From Chrysomallon squamiferum (taxonomy: Eukaryota > Animalia > Mollusca), in the NCBI GenBank assembly GCA_012295275.1, contig CM022665.1:1736001-1800000 (forward strand): DNA of 64,000 nucleotides, in the 5' to 3' direction. The position numbers and the translations under genes are program-made. The notes beneath the pieces are model-generated. The model was not told the DNA's origin and did not search any database. It saw nothing but the letters and a program-made list of their open reading frames with translations. Below, in pieces: positions 14,301-30,007 of the stretch; the stretch's first letter is position 1, and each line of letters starts with the position of its first letter.

Positions 14301-16131
14301 TTATTCATTCTAACATGTACCTGTCAATACATGCTGATTTCTTTAGAAGATATTTGTTGCTAAATGTTCTTGTTAATACCGGTCACAATTTCAAAGTGTC
14401 ACAAAGATCTTTGCTTTGTCAGCAAAATCTTTGTAGTTCAAAATCTACTGATCCAAGTAATTACTTGCTTTTGTATTATAAGAAAATTACAGCAACTAAT
14501 TGCATTGAAAATAACATATGTTTGGTAATAGGGTTGGAAGATCAATTGTATTAAACTCAGTATCAAAACAGTGGATCGTATGTTTGAGAAAAACACTTTA
14601 CAACCAAAGATTTAGTCACTGAGATGTAACAAAATGAGCTTACAACATTTATTTTTATTGGAAACTTGAATATTTTGCACTAAAAAAGATAATGGAGTGA
14701 ATGAGCTAGAAAATCAGAATACTAGTCAAAACTGAATAAATTCATTATGCTGAATGCCAGCAAGACAGGACACAAGAAATCAGTCACTTAGAAATACTAC
14801 TGTTTAATAGATATTTCAACAGTGGAGGAACCAACACAGAATTTGTCAGTACATATAAATAGATTTACAACAGAGAGAAGTCAGGTTATTTCTTATGACA
14901 GGCTAACTCTACCTGAATAAAACATGTTTCTGTGTATTCAAGCTTCTATTACTCATAATATGATAAACACATACATTTCCACATGAGATTTTGAAGCTGA
15001 CATGACTGACAATCCACTCTGGACAAGAAAGGCACTAACTGCTGATATAATCAAGTTTTTAACATTTAAACTAATAATTTTATGTGTTGTTTGGTTGGGG
15101 AGGTTTTTTTTGATAATTATAAACATCACTATTTCTCTGCATTTCTATTTTATCTTCTTTTTTTTTTTCTTTTTTTTTTTTAACAGAACAGTGTTTATAA
15201 ATTAATTTTAACAAAGAAAGGCGGGTCTACACAGAAATCACACACAGGTACACAGCTGATCTACAGTGTGCAGCTGGCCAACGTCTATGTTCCCAAATAA
15301 TTATTTTGACGACCCTCAAGTTCATATTATGTGTACAGTTAACAATAGCATGGTTCACAGTTTGATAAGAAAAATAAAGTATGCAAATTGAAAGTACTGC
15401 CATTTCTTCCTTTCTAGGAAACACCACAGTAAGTTACTTTGTTAATATATACTGAACCAGCTACATATTTGTGTTTTGCCCAAACAGTTGTCATTTACAT
15501 TTTTGATCTGTAAACTCTAACCCTTAGATTACAGTTACACGTCATTTCATGTGACTGTTTTCATTTCACCATACTTGTAGTATGATCAAGCATATTTTAT
15601 CTTACTTGATTACATGTCTAATAATATCTTAAAACCTGCATTATATTAACCAACATGTTCCATATAAAATGTATGTGTGTTCCCATACATATTTTATAAT
15701 AAAATTTCTTTGTAAAATAATAATAATAATAGTAAAAAGAATTATATAAAGAGTCATGATATTAATTCAATGGGTTTTTTTCTGAATACAACAAATATTA
15801 AAACATTGATGTAACTTCAAACTATATTCTGAGCCCTTTCAGAAGTGTAAAGGTACCATACTTGATAAACATGATCTATACAGATAAACAAATTCTTCCA
15901 AGTATATTTATGATGTAACTATCAATATTTGAATTCAGTGTTGATATTTTTTAGGACTGCAAATATTTAACATATGCAATAAAGAATAGGAGAAACTTAC
16001 TTATCCACACTAAGAATATTAGGTAGATACAACTTTCTTTAAAGATTTTACACTGTTATTTATTATTGTTATTATTATTATTTATTATTGTTGTTGTTAA
16101 AAATAATAATAGTAGTAGTAGTAATAATAAT

Positions 16132-16182
<51 letters not shown>

Positions 16183-19100
16183 GCCAATAAGTAAATGTGT
16201 GAATGAAATCTACTATGCTGAATTTATAAACAGCTAATTCCAGTAACAGTAGTATTTTATGGAATGTGACAAAACAATATTCTTATCTGTACTGTTAGAC
16301 CTCAAAATCTTTATTACACTTTGCAGGAGGCTTTTTTCCTGACTGAAGAAAGCCAATAATTGTACTTGATACCATAATCAGCCAAGATTAATTGTTCAGT
16401 ACAGTGATAGATTTATTACCTGTTAAACTGGTTTATATTCTAGTTCAACTTTTAATGGTGGTTGCCTGGCTATAAAAAGGTGACTATGTGTAATGCTAAT
16501 TACATGTATCATGGAAATATATTCATCATGGCTGATTTTGCTAAAAATAATATAATACTGCATAAGGTTAACAGCTTCTAGTCCAGTACAAAACTTAAAT
16601 TAGTCATTCATAAATAATAACTTATTTTTATTTGTGAAGCATAGAACTAGAAAATAAAATAAATAGTTTTGCATGTGTTTCTGATACACAGTAGAAAGAT
16701 GAAAGAAAATGAAGAAAAACTGAAAGAAATGAACTAGAAGCACAATATCCTGCTGTATGCATGTTACTTTGACTTTGTCACAGATAAGATATTCACAAGG
16801 CTAATTTACTATGCAAGATCATGATCAACATATTCATAAACATGTACAATGGATATTCTGAATTCTTACTGCACATTCAGAATTAATTATTTAAATATTT
16901 ATCATAATTTAGTTGAACAGTTTACCATCTAATACCAACATTCCAATACTGTGTTCCTGGTAACTTATGTGGATGGATTGATTTTTCTGCTATTAAATTT
17001 TTCACTTTTAAAAATTAATTTTTATTATTTATTTTGATTCAGTAAAGAAAATCTTGTACATACACAGGTAGGTTATTCAGTAAAACAATATATCCAATAT
17101 CCAACAATAATTAAAATAATTGCTGATTATTTTGCTTAATTAAAAAGAAAGCTCCAATGATAAAAACATTCAGAGCTCATAATAATGCAAGAAGCCAGCA
17201 ATTTTATTTTAAAACACAATTTAGTCTGCTGAAACAATGTAAATCAGAATATACTGACTTCACTTTTTAGGAAGGTTCTCAGGGATTAGAAACTGAACAC
17301 ATTAGCATGAAACTTTTAATGTTAATATTTAGCACTAGCAGCATTAAACCCATCGCAAAAATGAGTAGGTTTATCTCATTTCACCATGACTAAAACAAGT
17401 TTTTGAAGACATGGAACTATGTTCAGTGAATATAGCAAAGAAAAGACAGCAGGTAAACAGTTCTACTTTATTTGAATGGATAACTTTAAAAAGTTAGCAG
17501 TAAATAAGACACATACAATAATAGAGATTTGTATTTTTTATATACATATTTTTTTTAATCTTCATTTATCACTTTCAGTGTAAAAGAAGGAATATATTTT
17601 ACTTTTCTTTTCTTTTCTTCTGAATATACAAAAATTATTTTTTTCATTTGATTTTAATTTCCATTTTAAAAATTAATATTATTTAACTTAATTTACAGCC
17701 ATTTTACAACCTCCTAATGAATTACTGCAAGGAATTCTGCACAGCTTATATACATGTGTTCAGTTTATATACATGTGTTCAGTTAAAGAGCAGACATTCC
17801 TGGTCAGTATGGATGTTCATGATATATTAAAAATTAAAAATAATTATTAACATTTTCATCTCAGAGTAACAATTTGATGAAATTTTACTATATCAGTTTT
17901 TTATTTTTTATGGATAAATAAAATGAAAACACTAATCATAAATAGTAATTATATATATATAGGCTACCTTCAACAATGTCAAATTCTTACACTAATCAAA
18001 ACATATTGTTATTGTAGATTATTTTTGAAACAGAATGTTTCAGTTCAGTAAAATGTGTTAAGGAAAGGTTTCATTGCTGTATGCATATCAGCGTGAACCC
18101 TTCCATGGAAACAGAGCACTGAAAAAGAAACCATGGTCACCTGAGTTCACAACACTATCAAATTATTTTGTAATGTCAGTCATTCTTAACAATAACAGTA
18201 TGACTTATCTACCCATAAGATAAACATTAGATAGCTGCAAGGTCAACAAATGAGAACAAACAAGAAACTTATATATGTTGTTGTTATATTTTCATATTAT
18301 TTGCTTAAAAGCAATTCAGAATTTGCCATAATTTGACAGTTTTATCAATTATCTATGTATAGATTGATATGTCTGTGTTGTCTCAGATACATATCTGGTA
18401 AATATTTTCTAAATTGGTTTCTCTACACAAACATTTTGAAAATTTATGATAATAAAATTGCACATTCCAGAATCTACACAATATATCCAACATAATAAAG
18501 AATAGATACCTGATTTTTTGGTTTTGTTATTTGAGGCAGGTGTTATTGGAGATATAGGTTTTTGTTTTTTGTGAGTCTTCTTGTAAGTATTGTTCTTTGC
18601 TATTATTATTAACCTGCATTGAATAACAGAAGTAGTTTTCAAATTTATTGCATAAATATTAACTGGAACATTTTTTATTTTTGTTGTGTTGTGGGTTTTT
18701 TTGGTGAAAATAATATATTAAAACAGGTCTGTGAATATTTCTGCAGAGAAAAAAGAAAAAAAAAAAAAAAATTGGCTTTAAAAGAAAATAAGAAACCTAT
18801 ATTTATGGGTAATACAAGAACTTAAGTGTGCAATTTTTTTTTTTTTTTTTTTTTTTAATTTTCTGTACTGAAATGTTTGTAAAATAACTGAAGAATGTCA
18901 GAGACTGTCTACATCTGTTGAACATGTAATTAAAGGAAACATTACCTAGTGGACAAAGAAAACATACTACAATGATTCATTTCATGGAACCTTGGTTGGG
19001 ATAATCATGGAGACAATGGGAAAAAGTGAAAAACAATGAAAATGATTGGTCAAATAGACACAGGATTGTCTGCTCACAATCAGGGTAATTGTTGGTGCTG

Positions 19101-19929
19101 CTGGACAACCACACACACTCAGACAGTGGTCTGCAATAGTTAAATATTTGGTCACTCCATCAATGACAATGGCAATAATTAAATTCTCATAAACTACACA
19201 ATTACTATAAAACTCTCTTTCCCCCCCATAAACTGCTAATACATTTTCAAACATTTTTAAACTGATCTATTTAAAATGTTATTGTTTCATAATATTATCA
19301 GTAAAATTATATATATATATATATATATTGCTGTTTACATAGTGCCACTGCTTTGTAACAAACTGCATTATGCTTGCATTTACATAATTTACCAATATTC
19401 ATAAGATATAAGACATAAATGGATATTTTTAATTATTGGAAATTACATGTAAAATTAAATATATTTTATTCTTAAACCTTTAAATAAGTAATGCTACATT
19501 TCTGATTAAATCTATGACAAGACTTGCCACACCTTAATAAAATAAAAAAATCAAGAATTGGAAACGTGTGTGTGTGTGTGTGGTAGAGAGAGAAAGATCT
19601 AATTAGTATCAATTACTTGCTGTATTTATAAAGAAGACAGATATTTTCAGAAAACAAAATAGTTAGTTTATCATCAACACTAATGACATGCAGAGTCCTG
19701 TTGTGCCTGACAGAAATGTACAAGAAAAGAAAAAAAAAAAAAAAAATCTTCTAATTATTTTATCAGACAAAAGTTGATGAAAACAGGAAATTATATGTTC
19801 AAAATTACATTATGTTTATTCATTCATGATCTAATCTGTATAATTAACAAGACTTCCTGGGTTTTCTTATCTAACCATTCAACTGTTTCTATTTCCTTTT
19901 TATAAATAAAATACATACATACATGCATG

Positions 19930-19967
<38 letters not shown>

Positions 19968-21300
19968 TAAATATATATATATATATAAACATATACGTCA
20001 TATATATATATATATGAAACAAGTTTGAGGTAACAAAACATTCTATTTACAGTAATTTGCATTAACTTAAAAACTGCATACAATATACTTGTAAATAAAC
20101 TGTTCTTCTTTTCTTTTTTGATCATGAATAAAAGAGCATTAAAATTTAAATATTTGCAGAAATGTTTAAACCTTTTTATCTGAATCCATTCATTATTAAC
20201 GTAATGTTTATATGTTTTAAAGGGAGGGAGTATACCATAACATTTTTACTGTCTCTGGGTTTCATATGTAACGGAAATATGGCTAATACAGATTGTTGAC
20301 AAAAAGAGGAGGCTCTTAACAACACTGGATTATGCAGAGTCATCAGCCTAGCTGTGGAAACAACTCTTCAGTGCTAGCTTTACAACATGACAGGGATGTT
20401 AGGTTACCACCTTCTTTGTGTTTTAATAGCTAAGATCAGGTAAGCAAACACAAGTGACCAGGATGTCCTCATTTTGATTATAGTTGACTACCCAAGCAGG
20501 ACAGATGAAAAAAATATTTTTAGGGTTTTGTTTTCAGTCCAGGTTTTACAAATACCAGGCTCAGTGACTTGAACTAAATTTTGTATTTAAGATTATAATT
20601 TTTGCACTGGTGGTACCACATTGAATAAACATTAGGTCACAGATATGAAGAATAACCAGAAATGTATTGGTTCATTAAAAAAAATAATAATAATTAAAAA
20701 TTTGTATTAGAAGAAATATCTTCAAATAAAAGATCAGAAAGACCTCAGAAGGTGATGTAACAACGAACATTACTATAACTACAATCAAGTTTGAGTCTTA
20801 TAATCTAATCTGTATAGGAAGTGAACCACCTGGTGCATAATATATCACACAGAAATGTTTGTGTATTCCTAGCCAACATGAAGTATGTACACTGAATAAT
20901 CGATGAAATATGAGCAATGTTAGCAATATTGTCAAGAAATGAATAAATATAATTAAATTGTAATTTAATAGAGTATGTTAAAGGTGATGTTTGAAGTAAA
21001 GTTTTTATCTACCTGGCAAGCAGGAAGTTGTCTTGATGATATGAAAAGCGCTCTAAGGTATCATGTCACATGTATTTAAATACCATATTGCACTTTTATA
21101 GTGGTGTGAACACATCTGACATATTTAAAACAGTCATATACACACAAATCCAACAGTACAAGTAAACATTTATTTTTTACTATTATTTAACATTTTAACA
21201 TATAACTGATTCTGATAATAGCAAGACCATCATTTTTGATTTATGATCATGTAAAAATGTCTTCAAAAAAAAAAAAAAAATAATAATAATAAAGAAGTGA

Positions 21301-21340
<40 letters not shown>

Positions 21341-24300
21341 ATGCCTAAACACTTTCCAATTTTCAGGAAGAGTGTTCAACTATTAATTAGGGTGTGTCCA
21401 GGTTTTCCAAATATATTAAGTATTTATAAACTAACAGAGCACACTCAATAAATCATTAACAGTTTGAAGCTATTAAATGTGAACTATTTCTGATGACTTA
21501 CAGTATCTTTCATTGATCTTTTACTGAACATACTCATTTTTCAACGTATTTGATTGCATTTATTTATCAGTCCATCAGTCTTCTAATGACTAGAAAAACA
21601 ATATTATTAAGTATCACTTTCAGTTATTAACAGAAGTCAAAAGATATTCTGCCCACAATTCTAGCAGTCAAAATAAAATAATAATGATGAAAACAACAAA
21701 ATGATAATAGTAATAACTATTATGGACTGATGCAACAGAAGTTGGTTCTTTTTTTTATTCATTATGGTTTTCACTTTTTGTCAACACTTGAGATATACAT
21801 TGGTTACTGTTGTAAAATATCACCTTGATGGCTGCACCTGACTAATAAAAGTAATATAAACGATAATATGTTATGAACTATAATTATCATTAATGATATG
21901 AATTAAAACATTAATTCTAATATAAATTAAATCTTCATAACATTAATTCTCCTGTAACCTAAATCATTAAAACTGATCTTAAATATAACAATTAATACTA
22001 ATGTGATGGTAATATAAAAAAAACAAAAAAAAACAAACAACCATACTGTTGCTAACTATAACAGCAATATATAACAAAATTAAAATTGTTTGGAATGCAA
22101 CATTTATTCTTAATTTATTGAATTTAATTATAGTCAAATACAATTTATGAAAAGAATTCGTAGTCCTGTACTTAACAAATTATTCTATGGGGGAGAGGGA
22201 ATTATGAAAAAGATTTCTGTAAAGGGTGTTGAAAGTTCACATGAAAATACACAAATAAAAGTTGAAGTAAGCATTGTCATGGTGATGAAGTGTTGAACAA
22301 GAACATAACAGAGTGACCCTGCATTGTTTAGGTAGAAATCTAGCAGCAAATTGAAAAGGACCAGAAGTTGCTGAACATATAAACACTGACTTGCTATCTG
22401 TTTAAAACTACTAAACCAGCACAAAACATTTGTGAGCTGACAGTGGTCCTCCACCCAAAGTATCACAAGACATGATAATGCAAATACTGACATAAATTGA
22501 GTTTTATTACCTTTTATTATTTTTATTTATTTATTTATTTATTTGGTAGGGTGGTGTGTGTGTGGGGGGGTTAACGGAAAAAAAGATCAACCTACAAAGC
22601 ATAAACATCTATGTAAAACATTTTTCCCCTAATATAAACAAAATTACATAGACAGCTGTATAGATGAAACAAATTTTAAAAAAGAAATTTTTAAAAAAGA
22701 TATGTTTTTATATATACCTTTATATATTAAAGAAAAATTAATCAAGTGTATTTGTTGATATTATGAACTTCATCTAGGTTTACATTTGACAACTTTTAAC
22801 TGAAAACTGAAATAACCTAAGCTTGGACAAACTCTTTGTTTAATATGTACCAACATTTGAAGTCAATCAGTACAATGTTGTAGTGAGTTATGTGACAAAC
22901 AGAACAGACTTATTTCACAGTAAATATCAGTCCATGCTGTTTGCTCCATGTTTTGTCACAACATGCTGAAAGAATGAAAAGTCAACTCCAAAAACCACAT
23001 GTCTGACAAACGTATTCAGTCCTGCGAGTAAGCATTTGTCTTGTTGTCAAAAACAGTTCCATGTTCTTGTTTAAAGCCAAAAATACTGCAGGTGAAAAAT
23101 AAAATAAACAGCCAATCTTTGTTGTAATTTCTATTATAAAGCAGTTAAAATAAAGATTGTTTTTCATAAATATAAATCATCTAGTCACACATACAGTGAA
23201 ACAAACATTTACAGTGCTGTGGCTGATATTTGTGTCTTTTTTCCCTCACACAAAATGATAAATATTACAGAAATGGAATTTTTGTTGTCTGGCAAAATGT
23301 GAACTTGAACTATGGTATTATTCTCTATAAGCTGTTGTTAAACTATTTTGTGACAGGAAAAGAAAAACAAACTTGTAAATTTACTAATGTAATTGTCAAA
23401 TGTTGACTTCCTTAAGAAAAAATACATTAAATAAAAATACATTAAATGCATCAGTTAACATTTAACAAAATCACAAGGCTTGAAATCAGAAATATCAAAG
23501 CCAAAATTGTAGTGATAATTAAAAAATACAATTGTTTATATGAAAACCTAAATAAGAAAAAAAAAAAAAACAAAAAAAAACAACATCATGATGATGTATT
23601 ATTCTTATTTGTGTGTTAATACAAAGCTAAAACATTCCAAATCAACAAGGTTATACATAAAATATCAAGTGGTCTGTATTTAACATATATAATAAACACT
23701 AGTGATTATAACAGTAGACATAAAACACAGCATTGCAGAAAAAATTTATTGAATATTGCACATTTAGAAACAACACATTAGCATAATTATCAGAAAATGG
23801 GGGGGGGAGTATAAATAGAAAAATGTAATCCACAGTTACAAAAAATTATATATTATTCAAATAACTGAAGCTTCCATTGAGCCATAAAAAATTAACTAGT
23901 GTGTTGTGACATTGTCCTGAAACATGAAACTGCAAACATTGCTTTAAAAATCGTTAGCTTAAAGCAAAAACATCTATAACTGTAAAGTTATTATTTTTCA
24001 GAGCTAATTAAACTGTTTTCTTTTATTTTATGCCCTTTGTTTTTCCAATACATTACAACATAAAAATGTGTAGTTAAAACATTTTGGTTTTATAAAATTG
24101 ACAACATACTACTTGGACTATTCAATTATCAGTTATTACATAAATTTAGAATATATCTATACTCACAATATTGTTTTATATGTTAAATGTTATAAACCTG
24201 GGAAGCTATTTCACTATTCTACACAGCAACCTGACTAAGCTTATACAAGTAATTGGAAGTCTGTCATGACGACATAATATTTGGTAACAGATGGCATAAT

Positions 24301-27300
24301 TGCTGTTTGATTAAAAAATAAATAATGCAACATCAAAGAAGTCTGCATTAGTCATCATCCAGAGATTTTATTATTTTGTCTTTTTCTGTGGGGGGGGGCT
24401 GTTGTTTTTGTTTTTTTAAGTGAAATAATTTCAACTTGCATATTTCACATTTTTCTCTGAATGAAAAAATATGTAAGGAACAACATAAAAAGGAAATGTT
24501 TATCTTTAAAAATGAAACATATTTGGAACAATATACAAAATTAAAAATTAAAAATCACCGTTGACACCATTCATTTCTTTAATTTGAACCCTAGTTTTTG
24601 TTGTTTATTTCCTGACACTGTTTTTCTGGATGCTACCATTATGTAACACAGATCTTTCTTGTCCACTTTTAACATCCATCTGATGTTGTTCTGACTTGAA
24701 ATGTATCAACAAAGAGGAATGATCCTGCAATAATGCTGTCCTCTTCTCAAACACAAGATGAGTTAATCCTCAGTACACAAGTTTGATTAAGACTTTTCAA
24801 CTGTCTCTTAGTTTAGGCAAATAGTTTTCAGAAAGATTTATATCCCCTCTAAATTAATTACAATTCTGTCCAAATATCACTAACATAAGACACAACTGAC
24901 TGCTGACTTTATGTCTGGATACATTACCTGAGAAATTTGAAATACAGAAATACACAAGAAATGTAACAAAAGCAAAAATCAAAAAAACACACACACATAA
25001 TTGTATTCTTTACAATAACCAACCAAATACAATTATTACTAGGAACTTTATGATTTACACTTATGTGTATCTGTCTACGAAGTAAAACAATGCAAGAACT
25101 TGTAACATCAGTTTGTAATCTGCATTGCCAGAACACTGTCACTTAAAACAAACTCTTGTCTTATTCACTGTCCTACAATGGATAAACAGGGATAGGGAGT
25201 AAATCTGCTGCTATTAACAATACACTTTCAGGAAAAAGGTGTCAGAATCTCACACCCAATGTGCCTTTCTCACTGATTCATTTAACCTTTCATCTTCAAA
25301 GTCCTGATAAGTCAGCTTTGAAAACATCCCATGCCTTGGGAAAAGTTCAAGCAGTTGAGAGAGAAAGAAAAAAATATATATAAAAACCCAAAACCCCTAA
25401 ATAACAAACATATCAACATGTGGGGGAAATATATATATATATTTTTTTATATTAACAACAAAAAAAGTAAGAAAATTAAAACATGCTGAACATTAAATGT
25501 ATATATGCAAAAAAGCTGTCTAAGAATAAATAATAATATGTTGAATACGTGCACCTATGTAACGTCTGAAAAAAAGAAAGAAAACTGGTGTCCAATAACT
25601 CTCTCAGCATGTGGAAACAGAAAATTATTGATATTATGCAATATTTATTTGCAACAGAGTATGTGAAGTAATTATTGTTTTTTTATTATTTATTTAAAAG
25701 TATGCACATCAATACATATATAAATTTTAAATTTTTTTTAAAGAAAAAAAAAAGAAGGATTTTCACGAAAATCTTAGTCCCAAGCAGCACTCAGCAACTT
25801 ACTAAATGGATCAAATATGCAATATGTCTGCTGATTAAAACAGAAGTGTTAATACAAGAAGAAAACATCTGTCAAATCAGCATCAGTATTCAAGGAAGGA
25901 GGAGCAATTACAGAATTATCACTGATAATGAAATGAAAGGATCAGAATAAAGGAATATGTATACTGTTTATTCACGAGGAAGAACTAGCAGGACAATGGT
26001 TAAAACCATTTAAATGAAACCTTATTCCTCAAGTATGCAAAAGCAAAAGATTCTTTATAATTCACTTTTACCCCAAAAAACTGAGTTGTTGCAAGTTAGT
26101 TTTGGAAATGATAAAGATAGAACTTTCCATTACACCTAACCTTTACTAATATGCTGAAGGTACTGTTGGAGAAAAAAAAAAAGAACATAATAATAGTTCT
26201 TGCCAACTTTTTTTTCTGTGTGCAATGATGTCTTGCAGTAACAAGACTGCTAAGCACTGCAGAAAATAAAATGATGATAACAAAGAAGCATAAAAAAAGA
26301 TCAGACCAGACTGCTGTTGTAAAGTGTCTAGAATAATTCTGACAATGTTGTACGCATTTTTTTCTATTTTTTTGTTTTTGTTTCCAGTCTATTTTGTCTT
26401 TATCCTAAGTTATCTGATAACAGTAAATGTGTTTTTCCTAATTGAATGCCAGTGCAGTTAATGGCACTTGTCTTTGTTTGCTAGAAGTTCTGAGAAAATT
26501 TAAAGAACAAAGAAGCAAATGATATTTGCTGTATACAGTTATTTACATCTGGTTCATTGCTAATTTGGTTATTTTGTTTGTTTTTGTTTTTTGTTGTTGT
26601 TTTTGTATATTATTAATGAAAAAGAAATGTATTTAAACAGTATAACTTGGTAAACAGTATATGATAAGGAAAACAAAAAAATTAACATTTAAGCTGATTT
26701 TTTGCTTAATAAACAAAGAAGGCATCACATAATTACTTATGTGTGTGTTATGAATTAACTTAATGCAAACAATAAAAATGTTTTACTTCACACAATGAAA
26801 AAAAGTTGCATTTCAATGACCAAGTAGTTCTTAATGAATTATTATTATTATTATTATAAAATGTAATAAAATATCTTAATATTGTCCTTTTTTTAAATTT
26901 TAATTATTTATTTATTATTGTTTGTTTTGCTTGTTATTTTGTGGGGAGTTATAGTTTTGTTTTTTTGTTGTTGTTTTTATTATTATTATTACTATTATTA
27001 TTAATTGTATTTTGGGTTGTTGTTTTTTGTCGAGTTTTTTTCAAATTTATACTCAAATTTAGAACTCATTTTTTATATAAAAACATTTTAACAAACAGTA
27101 ATAAAATGGTTTAACAAATTAGTTATATCAAGTAATCTGAACACTATAGCAAGTTGTTACTTTAAAAATGTTTAATTAATAAATAAAATGTACAAAAATG
27201 AAATAAAATTGGATGACATCAATTTTGATTTGTCAGTGTATGTCCCCAAAAATAATTTAACTAGAGTATTAATTTTCAAGAACTTAAATGTGCTGTCAAG

Positions 27301-29191
27301 TAGTTTTTTTTTTTTTTTTCAGTATCTGCTGTAACTGTTTTTATTTAATTTTTAAAATAAATGTTGACAGATGGTTATACAAAAGAATGCAAATATATTA
27401 ACGTTTAAGGATTACAGGATAAAACCACCAATACAAATCATTCAGTCATGGCAGTCAAAAACAAAAATAACAAATTGCAAAATCAAGTGGGTTCTGACCC
27501 AGCAAATGTCATTTATCTAAAATTACTGTGAGGCAAGCAAACACAAAGAACATTACAGTTGTGCTTCTTTATTTTATTTATATTTTCTGTTTAATTTGAC
27601 CAAAAGGTTATTTTTTTTTTTTTTTTTTTTAAATATAATTTACTGGGACAGTAGGAGAAAAATCTTATAATCTGAAAAAACTGAAAACACTTGTTAAATA
27701 ATGTGCCTAGTTTCAATATTAAATGGACATTCATAAAAAAATTTAATACATAAAAAATTACTATTAATAAAAAAATATATATATATACAAGTTTCAAAAT
27801 ATTTCCTTAAAACCTCAAGCATACTATACTGTAAGTTAAAAGCAATCAGAAATCTGTGGTTTTGTTAATTTGATCAATCCTCATAGAAATCAACAACTGA
27901 TCTAGAGTTTCAGATTAATGCCACAGACAATGATATTTATTGTTTCAATGGATAACTTCCAGTAGCAGGACATTTCACAGCAAAATAGGAAGATAAACAT
28001 GAAATACTCAGGCAAATACATATACGTTTCAGATATCTAGCTATTAGTTAAAATCTGAGACAGCTTGCATCAATAACTTCTCTAGTGTCTGCACATTTGG
28101 AAACAATGGACAGAGAACAGCTTGCTAAAAATCATTTATCTCATTGTTAAGCCAGGTACTACTACACATCACTCTATATTCAGTGCAAAGTTCCTCTGTT
28201 CTAATTAGTTTTGAGGTTTTTTTTAAAGGGCTCAATGAAAAATATTTATACCAGAAATATCAGGCACATTCTAGTAATATAAGCACATTATATTAATGCT
28301 GCCAAGAGCAAAAACTGGATGCTTCATGGATAATAATCATTAATTTTATTATTTTCAGTTGTTGTCATTTAATAAAAACAGATGGATAAATACAACAACA
28401 AAATTTATTACTAGTTTTTACTTTCAACATCATTTAATTTATACTGTTATGAATTGCTTTTAAAATCAGTTCTCAGCTTTTGAAATCAGATTTTACTAAC
28501 TTGACCTTTACTATTCAAATTTGCAGTCATGGAACTCTCTCACATGTTTATCTTCCCTGTCTGCAGAAATTAAGCTAGACTTTATTTCAAGCTAAAACCC
28601 TAAAACATTCCCAGCTGTCTCTATCATAACCTTTCTGCTGGTTATAGATGAACACACTGGCCAAACATGTACACACAACTTGCTAACATGCAGGCATGAT
28701 TATTTTCTCAGATGTTAGAAATCCATAGATTTGATGGTGGGATCTAAATCTTGATATATTTCTACATTACCTGTATATAATCACTAAATTATACGTTAAG
28801 AGTTTTTTTTTTCTTAATTATCATACAATTAACTGTTAATTACGAAAACAAAAGAGATGACTCAGACATTTCACATGCAATAATGATTAATAAAACATTC
28901 TTTTCTTTTATAACAAAGCATTATAGATTTAAAAACATTTTCTAATTTTTCACTTGATTTGTTTATTGATAGTAATAAGCAATGAAGTAATTTTTAAAAT
29001 GATCTTTATTGATTCTGCTGGACATTAATTTTATATTACTATAGGGAGTAAGCAGATGCTTTACAAGAAAAAAATTATTTGAATATATTTAATTTTCATT
29101 ATTATGTTTGACTATATGGTATGTGTGTGTGTGAGTGTGTGTGCAGTCGTGTGTTTGTGTGTGAATGTGTGTGTGAGTGTGTGTGCAGTCA

Positions 29192-29223
<32 letters not shown>

Positions 29224-29967
29224 GTTATACTTAATATATGCATATGATATACTTAATTACAAGAATGAATGTTTATGGATATATTATTTCACTTCTGTAC
29301 ATGCTTCTCTAATGTATTCATATTCTCATGACAGATACATAAACCTTCCTACAATTTTCAGTTATTTAATTATGATCAATTTCAAATGATCAAAACTAAA
29401 TTTCATTAGACACAGTCTTTAATATATTATTTTCTAAATAAGATTTGTGAATATGTCTTAAGTTTATTTCTGTATCCGTTACATACACAATGAATACACT
29501 CCCAGTGAAAAAGCAATAAAACATGTATATTTATAGTTCACGTACTAGGAAGGACACACCTTAGTATTTCTTAAAACATATGGATAATATCAAACATACA
29601 AACTTTTCCTTCAAAATAACTTCAAAAAAAATGTAATTCACAGTTACAGTACATTTAATATGATAACATTATTTTAATGAACAGTTAAATATTATTTCTT
29701 GTTGGTACATGGTTTTTCCAGTTTGATCTTGTCAAAATGATTTGTACACAGAACATTACTGCTCTGTAATATATGTACACACTTATTTCTGAAATATAAG
29801 TATTAATTTACACTAATAAAGGCCAGAAATAAAATAACTATCAAATTTTTTATTTAACAATTTTAAATTTTAAATTCTTTTTTTTTTATTAAATGTAATG
29901 TTTTACATCCTTTTATCAATGAATTCTGAATTGTTCTTTTGATATAGCAAGTACTTTCTTTTCTGTT

Positions 29968-30007
<40 letters not shown>
